From assembly GCA_027486795.1 (NCBI GenBank), contig JAIXOI010000040.1, positions 10,972 to 74,971 on the forward strand: a stretch of 64,000 bases of DNA, in the 5' to 3' direction. Under the pieces are notes generated by a model that was given only the letters and a program-made list of their open reading frames with translations, searched no databases and had not been told where the DNA came from. The stretch comes from Sphingobacteriales bacterium (GTDB taxonomy: Bacteria; Bacteroidota; Bacteroidia; Chitinophagales; CAIOSU01). This document shows positions 1 through 12,093 of this stretch, in pieces; the first letter of the stretch is position 1; every line of letters begins with the position of its first letter. Position numbers and translations under genes: made by a program.

Positions 1-194
1 ACTGGCTTACCGTTGTAATAAAGGATGATATTGGTACTTTGCTTGTAAATATAAGTATCGCACGAGTCGACAGGTATTGCGCTAGGCAACACTTTTACAA
101 TATTATATGATGTGTTTTTGGGTAAAGGCTGACGTGCCGGTGGCTGAACCGAGAACAATAGACCTGGGAAGGCTGCCAAAATAATTGGGTTCAT
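1..194 (-). CDS. partial hypothetical protein (first 64 codons; continues off the left edge)
   Basis: ATG at 194-192 on the minus strand opens a frame (MNPIILAAFPGLLFSVQPP...) with no stop before position 1. It is absent from the ORF track because it is truncated. No recognisable motif. Confidence 0.25.
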   Translation of the reverse strand, partial: MNPIILAAFPGLLFSVQPPARQPLPKNTSYNIVKVLPSAIPVDSCDTYIYKQSTNIILYYNGKP

Positions 195-396
195 GTGTTT
201 CTAGTTTGAAAATAAACTTACCCTTTTAACGTCTTATATTCATTATCAATCTATTAATGTTCAGGTTTTTTAGACAAAAGTAAGTCAGGCAGTTGTTTGT
301 AGCTTTAGTCGAGGACATTAGCCTGTTTATATAATATATTATGGCAAATACCGTTTCACTGCTATCTTTAGCCGTTTGGCAATCTAGTCAGCCACT

Positions 397-1422
397 ATGG
401 TAAACCGTTTAATTGATAGCCGTTGGTTTTACCACCTCCTTTTTTGGGTGGTGCTGGTAGGTCTTTTTGGTTTTGTATTGGGCAACAACCCCGAAGTAAC
501 GTACAAGGAGAGTTTTACGGGAGTTGTGTTGCAAGCTATGGCTTATGCCGTAATGGTGTACCTCAATCTTTTGGTTTTGATACCCCGCTATTTGCAAACG
601 GGAAAATATGCTCAATACATTGCTTTTTTGGTTTTAAGCCTTGCACTTACGGTGCCGCTGCATGCCGCTGCAGATAGATTGGCGCACGACATTAATTACC
701 CTGATATTGAGTATCCGGCTACCTACATCCAAACGCTGCTTAGCTCTAGCATAAACATGCTGGTAATGTTGGCGCTTACAACAGCACTTAAGTTTTCAAA
801 AAAATGGTTTAAAGACCAGCAAGAGAAAAAAGACCTGGAACGCGAAAAGCTACAAGCAGAGTTGAAATACTTGAAGGCGCAAATTAATCCTCACTTTTTA
901 TTTAATACGCTCAATAACCTTTACGGCCTTACCCTTAAAAAATCGGACGAGGCACCCGAAATGGTATTGAGGCTCTCTGAAATTATGCGATACATGCTTC
1001 ATGATAGCAATGAACGCTTGGTGCCTTTGGCTTCTGAAATCAATTACCTAAAAAATTACATTGGTTTGCAGCTCATTAGGCAACTTGACCGTACCGAGAT
1101 TCGTTTTGACATCAACCAAGAACCCAATGGGCAATTAATTGCGCCTTTATTGCTTATTCCGTTTATCGAAAACAGCTTTAAACATGGTGCGGGTGGTGTG
1201 GAGAGAGGTTGGATTCATATTGATATTCGACTATCAGGCAACCGCTTGTTTTTCAGGGTAGAGAACAGTAAGCCTACCGAAACCCCAGATGTGGTTAGTC
1301 ATGGCATTGGTTTGAAAAATGTGCAATCGAGATTAGAATTACTCTATCCCGATAAGCACAGCCTTAACATTGAAGACACTGCCCACTATTATTTAACTGA
1401 ATTAAAACTTGAGCTGTCGTGA
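397..1422 (+). CDS. LytS/YehU-type sensor histidine kinase (membrane)
   Basis: N-terminal hydrophobic helices, a coiled linker, then the His_kinase motif NPHFLFNTLNN and an HATPase-like tail (IENSFKHG, GIGLKNV). It overlaps the downstream regulator by 4 nt. Confidence 0.85.
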   Translation: MVNRLIDSRWFYHLLFWVVLVGLFGFVLGNNPEVTYKESFTGVVLQAMAYAVMVYLNLLVLIPRYLQTGKYAQYIAFLVLSLALTVPLHAAADRLAHDINYPDIEYPATYIQTLLSSSINMLVMLALTTALKFSKKWFKDQQEKKDLEREKLQAELKYLKAQINPHFLFNTLNNLYGLTLKKSDEAPEMVLRLSEIMRYMLHDSNERLVPLASEINYLKNYIGLQLIRQLDRTEIRFDINQEPNGQLIAPLLLIPFIENSFKHGAGGVERGWIHIDIRLSGNRLFFRVENSKPTETPDVVSHGIGLKNVQSRLELLYPDKHSLNIEDTAHYYLTELKLELS

Positions 1423-2138
1423 AATATACCTGTATTATTGTTGATGACGAACCACTAGCGCAGGAAGTGCTGGAGCGTTACGTAGGAAAACTAGAGAACA
1501 TTACGGTGGTTGGCAAGTGTAGCAACGCCAATCAAGCACAAGAGGTATTGAATAGTCAAAAGGTGGATATTGTTTTCTTGGACATTAACATGCCCGGGCT
1601 ATCGGGCTTAGATTTTTTGAGGAAACTGCCCAATCCACCTAGCGTTATATTTACCACTGCCCATGCCGAGCACGCCTTAGAGGGCTTTGAGTTGAATGCA
1701 ACCGATTATTTGCTGAAGCCCATTTCGTTTGATAGGTTCAGTAAGGCGGTAAACAAAGCAGTACATATTATTGAACTAGAGCAACAGGATGAACAAACAG
1801 CCGCCAACGAGGAGGATGAGTACATGTTTGTAAAAGCCGACAAGAAAATTGTAAAAATTAAACTTGACGAAATTTTATACATCGAAGGTTTAAAGGATTA
1901 TGTAATGATTTTTATACCAGGGCAACGTATTATAACCCTGCAAACCATGAAAAATCTGGAACAGCGTTTGCCATCGGCCAAATTTATTCGCTTGCATCGC
2001 TCGTTTATAATCTCCATTTCTAAGTTAAAAAGCATTGCCAGCCACTCAGTTGAGATAGGCGAGAAGCAAATTCCTATCGGGAAAAATTATAAAGATGCCT
2101 TCATTAAGGTTTTAGCCCTCCATAATTACATAAAATGA
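1419..2138 (+). CDS. LytR/AlgR-family response regulator (REC + LytTR DNA-binding domain)
   Basis: REC motifs (IIVDDE, DIVFLDINMPG, KP) followed by a LytTR-like C-terminus (ILYIEGLKDYV, FIRLHRSFIISISKL). Confidence 0.9.
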   Translation: MKYTCIIVDDEPLAQEVLERYVGKLENITVVGKCSNANQAQEVLNSQKVDIVFLDINMPGLSGLDFLRKLPNPPSVIFTTAHAEHALEGFELNATDYLLKPISFDRFSKAVNKAVHIIELEQQDEQTAANEEDEYMFVKADKKIVKIKLDEILYIEGLKDYVMIFIPGQRIITLQTMKNLEQRLPSAKFIRLHRSFIISISKLKSIASHSVEIGEKQIPIGKNYKDAFIKVLALHNYIK

Positions 2139-2265
2139 CCTCAATTTTCAGGTTCGCATACAACCACTAGCGTGTTTTGTACGTCTTTTTACCTGTTTTA
2201 AAGAAATAAGGGATTAAAATCCGATTATTTTGTCCAAGATACTTGATTGCCATTTTATTTCAATG

Positions 2266-2273
2266 TATTTTTG
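2266..2273 (+). promoter_or_regulatory. candidate Bacteroidota -7 promoter box (TAnnTTTG)
   Basis: tatttttg lies about 80 nt upstream of the ATG at 2352. This is a motif match only. Confidence 0.25.
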
Positions 2274-2351
2274 GGTTCTGAACCAATAAGGGTGTTTTTT
2301 CGCAATGTAAAATTTGCAGTTAAGCATCTGAGAACTAATAACAACCAACGA

Positions 2352-3524
2352 ATGACCAACCAGCTGATGCGCTACATTTTGGTAGCCCTGTTTTTTATGC
2401 TCTCTGCTCCTTCTTTTGCTCAGGACAATGTGGGTGTTGGAACCATTTCACCTGACCCTTCGGCAATACTAGACTTGAATGCCACCGATAAAGGTATTCT
2501 AATACCTCGTGTGACCCAAACACAGCGCTTAGCAATAGTAAATCCAGCTCAAGGGTTGATGGTGTATGATGTTACAGACAATACTTTTTGGTATTTTGAT
2601 GGAACCGTTTGGGTTCAGTCTATAGGTCTTCCTGGCCCTGCCGGTCCTGCTGGTCCTGCTGGTGCAAACGGAGCCAATGGCGCTACAGGCGCAACCGGTC
2701 CTGCTGGTGCTGATGGCGCAACCGGCCCTGCTGGTGCTACAGGAACAGCTGGTGCAACGGGCGCGACAGGTGCTGCTGGCTTAAACGGAGCGACTGGCGC
2801 AACGGGTGCTGCCGGTTTAAACGGAGCTACTGGTGCTACTGGTGTTACAGGTCCTACGGGTCCTACTGGCGCAGCTGGTCTAAATGGTGCAACTGGCGCA
2901 ACAGGAGCTACTGGTTTGAATGGTGCAACCGGAGCTACCGGGGCAACAGGACTTAATGGCGCTACAGGTGCTACCGGGGCAACAGGACTTAATGGCGCTA
3001 CAGGTGCTACCGGATTAAACGGTGCTACTGGCGCAACTGGTGTTGCAGGTCCAACTGGAGCCACTGGCCCAACGGGAGCTGCTGGCAATATATACACTGC
3101 AACTGGCACTACCGATATAAGTTTGGCTAGGACTACTACGGCAACTTACGCCAACATGCCTGGTATGAGCGTAACCTACACTCCAACTAATGGTACCGCA
3201 AAAATTTTCTTTTCTGCATCTGGAACCCACACTGGCACGCCAACAGCGGCACAGTTTGTTGTGTTCCGTATTCTAGTTAATGGTGCAGCTGTAAATGGTA
3301 GGGGAGCTGCTTATTCAGTGGGTGCTGCCGATTTTGATGATGTTTTTGGTACTGAGTCGCACAACGTTTGGGGTGCCTCTCTTTGCGTTCCTGTTACCGT
3401 GCCAGTTGGTGTAGGTACAACAATACAGGTTCAGTGGTTATATGACAGCCAGTTCGCGAATACTATATTCAATAACGTGGCTACCCAAATGAATGCAAAT
3501 CGGAGTTTAATAGTAATTGATTGA
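2352..3524 (+). CDS. secreted collagen-like triple-helix repeat protein with conserved N- and C-terminal globular modules
   Basis: I place the start at [24 protein letters not shown] (signal peptide) rather than the ORF-track start at 2247. There are 51-52 uninterrupted G-X-Y triplets. The C-terminal domain of about 145 aa is homologous to that of the next gene. Confidence 0.8.
   Translation: MTNQLMRYILVALFFMLSAPSFAQDNVGVGTISPDPSAILDLNATDKGILIPRVTQTQRLAIVNPAQGLMVYDVTDNTFWYFDGTVWVQSIGLPGPAGPAGPAGANGANGATGATGPAGADGATGPAGATGTAGATGATGAAGLNGATGATGAAGLNGATGATGVTGPTGPTGAAGLNGATGATGATGLNGATGATGATGLNGATGATGATGLNGATGATGLNGATGATGVAGPTGATGPTGAAGNIYTATGTTDISLARTTTATYANMPGMSVTYTPTNGTAKIFFSASGTHTGTPTAAQFVVFRILVNGAAVNGRGAAYSVGAADFDDVFGTESHNVWGASLCVPVTVPVGVGTTIQVQWLYDSQFANTIFNNVATQMNANRSLIVID
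2625..3086 (+). repeat. collagen-like Gly-X-Y tract (about 51 triplets; GAT/GLN/GPA units)
   Basis: Hand count of triplets from [10 protein letters not shown]... to ...GPTGAAG. The 9/27/36-nt periodicity is visible in the DNA. Confidence 0.9.
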
Positions 3525-3547
3525 TAAAATTGAGTATAAATTATTGA

Positions 3548-6217
<2,670 letters not shown>

Positions 6218-6239
6218 TTAATATTAGGAGGACTAGCTT

Positions 6240-6539
6240 ATGAAAGCTTTATTTATAACACTTTTAATGGCAAGCATCACTTTCGGTGCTATGGCTCAGC
6301 AAAAACCAGGGGATAACACCCGGACGGTTACTTTTGACTCGGCCGAGCCTACTGTAAAAGTAGATGCAGATGCTCCGGCAAACTCTACCTCTGCTAATAG
6401 GGTAGAATATGTTAGTCCAGAGCCAACTGTTAAAGTAATAAAAACAACCAATCCAGCTGCTGTTGGTGCACCTCGTGTTGAGTTTACCTCACCTGAGCCA
6501 ACCGTGAATACCAGCACTAGTAAGAAAGACGACGAATAG
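6240..6539 (+). CDS. small secreted protein with three (S/A)EPTV(K/N) repeats
   Basis: Signal peptide MKALFITLLMASITFGAMAQ. Repeats: DSAEPTVKV, VEYVSPEPTVKV, VEFTSPEPTVNT. A hairpin follows the stop codon. Confidence 0.5.
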   Translation: MKALFITLLMASITFGAMAQQKPGDNTRTVTFDSAEPTVKVDADAPANSTSANRVEYVSPEPTVKVIKTTNPAAVGAPRVEFTSPEPTVNTSTSKKDDE

Positions 6540-6549
6540 TATATCTTTT

Positions 6550-6573
6550 GGCCGAGGGCTAAAATCCTCGGCC
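6550..6573 (+). terminator. stem-loop after the small repeat-protein gene
   Basis: ggccgagg / cctcggcc form an 8-bp perfect stem with an 8-nt loop. There is no clear T-run. Confidence 0.35.
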
Positions 6574-6647
6574 AGAAATACTATCCTTTATATTGCTTTT
6601 CGCTTGACGAGAAGATAAAACAATTTGATTTGGCATTTAATTAACTA

Positions 6648-8879
6648 ATGAACATGAGCCAAAAGACATTTAATATCACCAAAAACACTTTGCTCAAAGC
6701 TTGCTCTGGTGCAGTACTTACCACAGCGTTGCTTTGCGGAACCATGGGTTCGGCAAATGCACAGGTTTTGGTGAAAAATAACGGTGCAATTATTGCCATC
6801 AAACCAGGGGCTACGGTTATCGTAAAAACTGGTTCGGTAGATAATGATGGACTGGTAGATAACGGCGGTACCTTTATTATTGAAGGTGACTTTATTAACC
6901 AAGATACTGCCAACGGCGGTGGTACAACTGGTTTTTACCAAGTGCAACAAGACTGGGTTAACAACGGAAGCTTTCAAGCCGATCAGAGTGAAGTAGAATT
7001 ATATGGTGCCAACCAATTGATTACAGGTACCAATTCAACTACTTTCTATGATTTGACTTTGACTGGCACAGGTGTTAAAACCCAAACGCTTGACGCTACG
7101 GTAACCGATACTTTAGCATTGAACGATCGCGAATTGGCGACCGACGTGTTTAAGATGTTCGTTACCAATACTGCTACTGGTGCAATTACTCGCTCAACCG
7201 GCTATGTAAGTAGCTTGGGTGCTGGTAGGTTGTCTCGCGACATGGCTAGCAACGGCCTATATTTGTTCCCTACAGGGTCAAATGTGGGTGTTACTCGCTA
7301 CCGTCCTTTGGAGGTTACACCTTCAACTGCTAATGCTCAAACATTGGAAGTTAGGATGGCTAACGTGAACGCCACTACCGAAGGTTTCAACATTAACGCC
7401 AAAGAGATAGATCTTTGTGAAGTTAACGACTTGTATTACCACCTTATCGGTCATAGTGCTGGTGCCACCGATGATGTAGCATTTGCTTTGTATTATGATT
7501 TAGGTGCTGATGGTACCTTCAAAACAGCTGCTCACTGGCAAAACTTGCCACAATGGGAGGATATTGGACCGACAACTGCAGGTGTATCCGGTGGTTTGAA
7601 CTCGGTTACCGTTCCAGTTTGGAATGTGTTTAGCCCAGAGGCATTTGCCCTTGCAAACGGCAATCCTGTAATTGATACCAACTCAACTGTTACCGATGTC
7701 TCTTGCTTTGGTTTGAGCGATGGTGCTATTGACTTTACCGTTTTGGATGGTACAGATTTGACTTACACTTACACTCCAGCAGCAGGTGCTGGCCCAGGTG
7801 CTACCAACCTACCTGCCGGAACTTATACGCTTGTTATTACCGATTCGGTTACTGGTTGTAACCGCGGTGCAGTGCCTTACACATTTGTAGTTGACCAACC
7901 TTTGGAAATCCAAATTGATTCGGTTGTGACTGATGCAAACTGTAATGGTCTTGCTACAGGTGCTATCGATCTTACCGTTACCAATGCTGGTGGTGGCGTA
8001 GGTAGTATTAACTGGACTGGAACTAACCAAACTGGTGCGAACATCAGTGGCCTGATTGCTGGTACTTACACTGCAACTGTAATTGATAATGATGGCTGCC
8101 AAAAAACGAGTACTATCCAAGTTGCCGAGCCAAGTGCTTTGGTTGTTGATCCTACCATTTCTTCAGCTACTTGTAATGCTGAACAAACAGGTTCAATTGT
8201 GTTGGATGTAACTGGTGGAACTGGTGCTTACAACTATGCATGGTCAAGTTCGGCGGACGACACGCTAGCAACGCTTAGTGGTGTTGGAGCTGGTTCTTAT
8301 GACGTAGTAGTTACCGATGCCAACGGCTGTACTGATAGCCTTTCGGGTTTGGTAGTTACCGAGCCGGATTTGCTTACCTTGATTGCTAGCAATGACACGG
8401 TTATCCCTGCTACTTATACTGCAACCGTTGAAGTACTTTCTACTACTGGTGGAACAGGTGCTGTAACGTACGAGTGGACTCCAGGTGTAACTTTGGCCGA
8501 TGCTACTGCTGCTTCTACAACTGCTTCGCCTACCGAAACTACTACTTACCTAGTAACAGGTACCGATGACAATGGTTGTAAAGCACAAGATACAGTGGTT
8601 GTGCGTGTTGACTTTGACCTAGTAGCAATACCTGATGGCTTCACACCAAATGGCGATGGTATTAACGATGTGTTCACGGTTCACCACAGTGCTGCAATTG
8701 AATTGGTTGAATTGAAAATATTTAACCGCTGGGGACAGCTAGTTTACGAAGCTAACGATTGGAACGGCACCTATAAGGACAAAGAGCAACCTATGGATAC
8801 TTATGTATACCAAGTGGTTTTCAAATTGCCTGACGGTTCTTCTTCTAATTACTCTGGTGATTTCCTTTTAATAAGATAA
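6648..8879 (+). CDS. T9SS type-B sorting-domain (gliding motility-associated C-terminal domain) surface protein with SprB-type repeats
   Basis: Signal peptide. Three Cys-anchored repeats: CFGLSDGAIDFTV, CNGLATGAIDLTV, CNAEQTGSIVLDVTGGTGAYNYAW. The C-terminus is FTPNGDGINDVF...LLIR. Confidence 0.85.
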   Translation: MNMSQKTFNITKNTLLKACSGAVLTTALLCGTMGSANAQVLVKNNGAIIAIKPGATVIVKTGSVDNDGLVDNGGTFIIEGDFINQDTANGGGTTGFYQVQQDWVNNGSFQADQSEVELYGANQLITGTNSTTFYDLTLTGTGVKTQTLDATVTDTLALNDRELATDVFKMFVTNTATGAITRSTGYVSSLGAGRLSRDMASNGLYLFPTGSNVGVTRYRPLEVTPSTANAQTLEVRMANVNATTEGFNINAKEIDLCEVNDLYYHLIGHSAGATDDVAFALYYDLGADGTFKTAAHWQNLPQWEDIGPTTAGVSGGLNSVTVPVWNVFSPEAFALANGNPVIDTNSTVTDVSCFGLSDGAIDFTVLDGTDLTYTYTPAAGAGPGATNLPAGTYTLVITDSVTGCNRGAVPYTFVVDQPLEIQIDSVVTDANCNGLATGAIDLTVTNAGGGVGSINWTGTNQTGANISGLIAGTYTATVIDNDGCQKTSTIQVAEPSALVVDPTISSATCNAEQTGSIVLDVTGGTGAYNYAWSSSADDTLATLSGVGAGSYDVVVTDANGCTDSLSGLVVTEPDLLTLIASNDTVIPATYTATVEVLSTTGGTGAVTYEWTPGVTLADATAASTTASPTETTTYLVTGTDDNGCKAQDTVVVRVDFDLVAIPDGFTPNGDGINDVFTVHHSAAIELVELKIFNRWGQLVYEANDWNGTYKDKEQPMDTYVYQVVFKLPDGSSSNYSGDFLLIR

Positions 8880-8889
8880 AAATATAGCC

Positions 8890-9909
8890 ATGAAATTTAA
8901 CAGGCTTATCTGTTTAATATTGGTAATGTTCATTGGTGGCTCATTGGCCGCTCAAGATGTGCATTTCTCGCAGTTTTATAATGCCCCATTGTTGCTCAAT
9001 CCAGCTTATACTGGCAAGATTAACGGTACTTTCAGGGCTGGCGTAATTTATCGTAACCAGTGGTTTGGTGGTACAAACAATCGTACTACTTTTTCAACGC
9101 CAATGGCATCTTTTGATTTGCCAATACGCTTGAAAAACGGTGACGCAGTTGGTGTTGGCGGATACTTTATCAATGACCGGTCTAGCGGTGGTTTGTTGAG
9201 CCGAGTGCAGGTGGTTGTTGCTGGAGCGTATCATAAAGCTTTCGGAGAAGATAAAAATCATTCACTATCATTGGGCTTCCAAGCAGGCTTTAATCAACGT
9301 AGGGTTGATAGGGCAGGTATGAACTTTAGCACCATGCTTGCTGCCGATGGATATAGCTTCGATCAAAGCTTACCTAGCCAAGAGAATTTCGGCCGTTCGA
9401 CCAACAACTTTGATGTAAACACAGGTTTGGCTTGGAGCTCGAAAGTAAGTGAGAAGTTTTATTTCTCAGTAGGTGTTTCTGCTTACAACTTGATTACTCC
9501 TTACAATACTTTCAATCCGGCTGGAGAAGACAATATGCGCCGCATAACCGGTACAGCTAGCTTTGATATCCGTTTGGCCGATAAGTTTAGCTTATTGCCT
9601 TCGGTAATTTATCAAAACCAAGCCAAAGCACAAGAAACAAACCTAGGTTTGGCTGGTGCTATTGATTTCAGTAAGGACTTTGTATTGTTTGCAGGTGCAT
9701 ACTACCGTGTGAAGGATGCCGTAATACCATATCTTGGAGCTGATTACAAAGGTTTCCGCCTTGGCTTGAGCTATGATATAAACGCTTCTTCTTTGAACCG
9801 CATTGAGAACAAGAAGAATGTAGGAGCCGTTGAGTTTTCTTTGATGTACGTTGGCCGTTACATCCCACTACCGGGTGTTAATCCAGCCCTTTACTGCCCG
9901 CGCTTTTAA
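8890..9909 (+). CDS. PorP/SprF-family type IX secretion system membrane protein
   Basis: The N-terminus AQDVHFSQFYNAPLLLNPAYTG is the family signature. The body is beta-barrel-like and ends in F. Confidence 0.85.
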   Translation: MKFNRLICLILVMFIGGSLAAQDVHFSQFYNAPLLLNPAYTGKINGTFRAGVIYRNQWFGGTNNRTTFSTPMASFDLPIRLKNGDAVGVGGYFINDRSSGGLLSRVQVVVAGAYHKAFGEDKNHSLSLGFQAGFNQRRVDRAGMNFSTMLAADGYSFDQSLPSQENFGRSTNNFDVNTGLAWSSKVSEKFYFSVGVSAYNLITPYNTFNPAGEDNMRRITGTASFDIRLADKFSLLPSVIYQNQAKAQETNLGLAGAIDFSKDFVLFAGAYYRVKDAVIPYLGADYKGFRLGLSYDINASSLNRIENKKNVGAVEFSLMYVGRYIPLPGVNPALYCPRF

Positions 9910-9950
9910 GCAGGGGCTATACACTTACACATCTTACCAACCAACCACTA

Positions 9951-11984
9951 ATGAAGCGGATTCTAATCGCGCTAAGCCTTTTTTATGTCTCTACGGGGAT
10001 AATAAACGCGCAGGATAAAGGCACAACTGCTGATACCATAAAGTTGCCCTACAAGCATAAAGTGAAATATGCCGACAAGCAACTAGATGCAGGAAACTAC
10101 TTTGATGCGCAAGACCTCTATAAAGGGCTTAATGCAAAAAAATCTAACGATTTAAAGGTTTTGTACAAACTTGCGGACGCCTACCGTTTAGCGAGGGATT
10201 ACAAAGCAGCAGAAGCTGGTTACAAATTGGTCATTGATAACGACGAAGCAAAGTACCCTGAATCGTGGTACTATTATGCTTTGATGTTGCAAATGAACGG
10301 TAAGTATGCCGAGGCTAAAACAGCATTTGACAAGTTTAAGAGCGAAAAGGCTGGAGCTGGCGATAAAGCGTTGCTGAAGTATGCACAATTGCAATCAGAT
10401 GCATGTGCATGGGCACTTTCGGCTACACCAGCAACATACAAGGTAGAGCACTTAAGCCCACCAGTGAACCACAACAAAACCGATTACGCTCCCCGCGTAT
10501 CAGGCAATACCTTGTATTTTTCTTCAATAAACAATGATTCGTTGCTCAATTCAGGGATATGGGTTCCGGGTCAGATACAGTCGCATGCATACACGGCTAC
10601 ACTGTCAGGAAACGGTTGGGGCAATGTAACCCCTTTGCCAAAACCTATCAACGAAGCAGGCAAACACACTGGCAATGCATCGGTTACTGCCGATGGCAAG
10701 CGTATGTACTTGACTATTTGCGCAGCGATGGCCGAGAATAAAATAGCTTGCAAGATTTATGTTTCTACGCTGGATGATAAAGGAGTTTGGAGCAAACCAA
10801 AAGCTTTAGGTAAGACTGTAAACGAAGAAGGTAGCGACAATACACATCCTTCGGTGGCGAAAACAGAGAATGGTTTGGATGTATTGTATTTTGCCAGCAA
10901 CCGTGCAGGTGGCCAAGGTGGATTCGATATTTACAAAGTAGAGGTAAAGCATACCGGTACTGCTGGTAACGCAGTTAACTTGGATGCAGCGGTAAATACC
11001 GAGTGGGATGAGATTACCCCTTTCTATTACGAGCGCAAGAATGTGTTGTTTTTTAGCTCTAATGGTCGTTTAGGCTTTGGTGGCTATGATAACTACTCTT
11101 CAGCACTTACTGCAGATGGTAAGTACAGCGAAGCCGAAAACCTAGGTGCTCCGCTTAACTCATCGGCCGATGATATGGGCTATGCCTCGGGTGAGGATAA
11201 GAAGCTATTCTACTTCGTATCGAACCGAGTAGGGATTATTGGCGATAAGAGCGAAACTTGCTGCGATGATATCTTTAAAGGGGAAAATACCTTTAAGCCA
11301 ACATTAGCAGTTAGTGGAAATGTTATAGAACGTGTTGATTCAACGGAGCAAAACCCGCTTGCTGGGGCACGTGTAGAAGTGTATGATATTACAGATGGCA
11401 TTCCTAAATTGGTTTATGCTGATTCTTTAGGTAAAACGGATTTCTTCTATCCTTTGGAAGTGGACAAAAAGTACAGTCTTAAATTTAGTAAAAAGGACCA
11501 CTTTACCGCTCACCATACCATTAGCACCATGGATTTGGAGTATAATGATACTATGAATTATACCGCTACCTTGGATAAGATTATCGTTAACAAAACGTAT
11601 AAGCTTTCTAAGATTTTCTATGAATACAACAGTGCTAAATTGACTGCGGAATCGGAAGCTACGTTGGATACTTTGTACGCCTTGCTAACCGAAAACCCAG
11701 ATTTGACCATTGAACTAAGCGCCCACACCGATAGCATTGGTTCGGCTAGTTACAACATGGACCTATCGCAGCAACGTGCCCAAAGTTGCGCCGACTATTT
11801 GATTGCGAAAGGCTTGGACGGTACCCGAGTAACACCTATCGGATACGGATTTACCCAACCGGTAGCGCCAAACACAATTGGCAAGAAGGATAACCCGGAA
11901 GGAAGGGCCTTGAATCGTCGCACGGAGTTTAAAGTGCTCGATGGAACGCTGAAACAGAAAGGGGATAAGTTGATTTTAGATTAA
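9951..11984 (+). CDS. OmpA-family protein with PorE-like architecture (TPR + TolB-like beta-propeller + CarboxypepD_reg-like + OmpA_C)
   Basis: TPR-like N-terminus. PD40-like repeats: LYFSS, MYLT, LYFASNR, LFFSSNG. A VSGNV...ARVEVYD segment. The C-terminal OmpA motif is TDSIGS..YN..LSQQRA...NRRTEFKV. Confidence 0.8.
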   Translation: MKRILIALSLFYVSTGIINAQDKGTTADTIKLPYKHKVKYADKQLDAGNYFDAQDLYKGLNAKKSNDLKVLYKLADAYRLARDYKAAEAGYKLVIDNDEAKYPESWYYYALMLQMNGKYAEAKTAFDKFKSEKAGAGDKALLKYAQLQSDACAWALSATPATYKVEHLSPPVNHNKTDYAPRVSGNTLYFSSINNDSLLNSGIWVPGQIQSHAYTATLSGNGWGNVTPLPKPINEAGKHTGNASVTADGKRMYLTICAAMAENKIACKIYVSTLDDKGVWSKPKALGKTVNEEGSDNTHPSVAKTENGLDVLYFASNRAGGQGGFDIYKVEVKHTGTAGNAVNLDAAVNTEWDEITPFYYERKNVLFFSSNGRLGFGGYDNYSSALTADGKYSEAENLGAPLNSSADDMGYASGEDKKLFYFVSNRVGIIGDKSETCCDDIFKGENTFKPTLAVSGNVIERVDSTEQNPLAGARVEVYDITDGIPKLVYADSLGKTDFFYPLEVDKKYSLKFSKKDHFTAHHTISTMDLEYNDTMNYTATLDKIIVNKTYKLSKIFYEYNSAKLTAESEATLDTLYALLTENPDLTIELSAHTDSIGSASYNMDLSQQRAQSCADYLIAKGLDGTRVTPIGYGFTQPVAPNTIGKKDNPEGRALNRRTEFKVLDGTLKQKGDKLILD

Positions 11985-12007
11985 CCGATTTGCACCATAT
12001 ATACAGA

Positions 12008-12040
12008 GCCCTTCCAGTTTTTGGAGGGGCTTTTGTTTTT
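12008..12040 (+). terminator. rho-independent terminator after the OmpA-family gene
   Basis: gcccttcca / tggaggggc stem with one mismatch, followed by ttttgttttt. Confidence 0.55.
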
Positions 12041-12093
12041 AGTGGACTGCTGTCCGTAAAAATGTCCTAATTTTAGCCTACAACATTAACTGC

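Noticed and set aside
2247-2351. The upstream extension of the first collagen-like ORF ([18 protein letters not shown]...).
   Set aside because: The extension precedes a textbook signal peptide that begins at Met 2352, and it overlaps the candidate promoter box. The internal start is more plausible.
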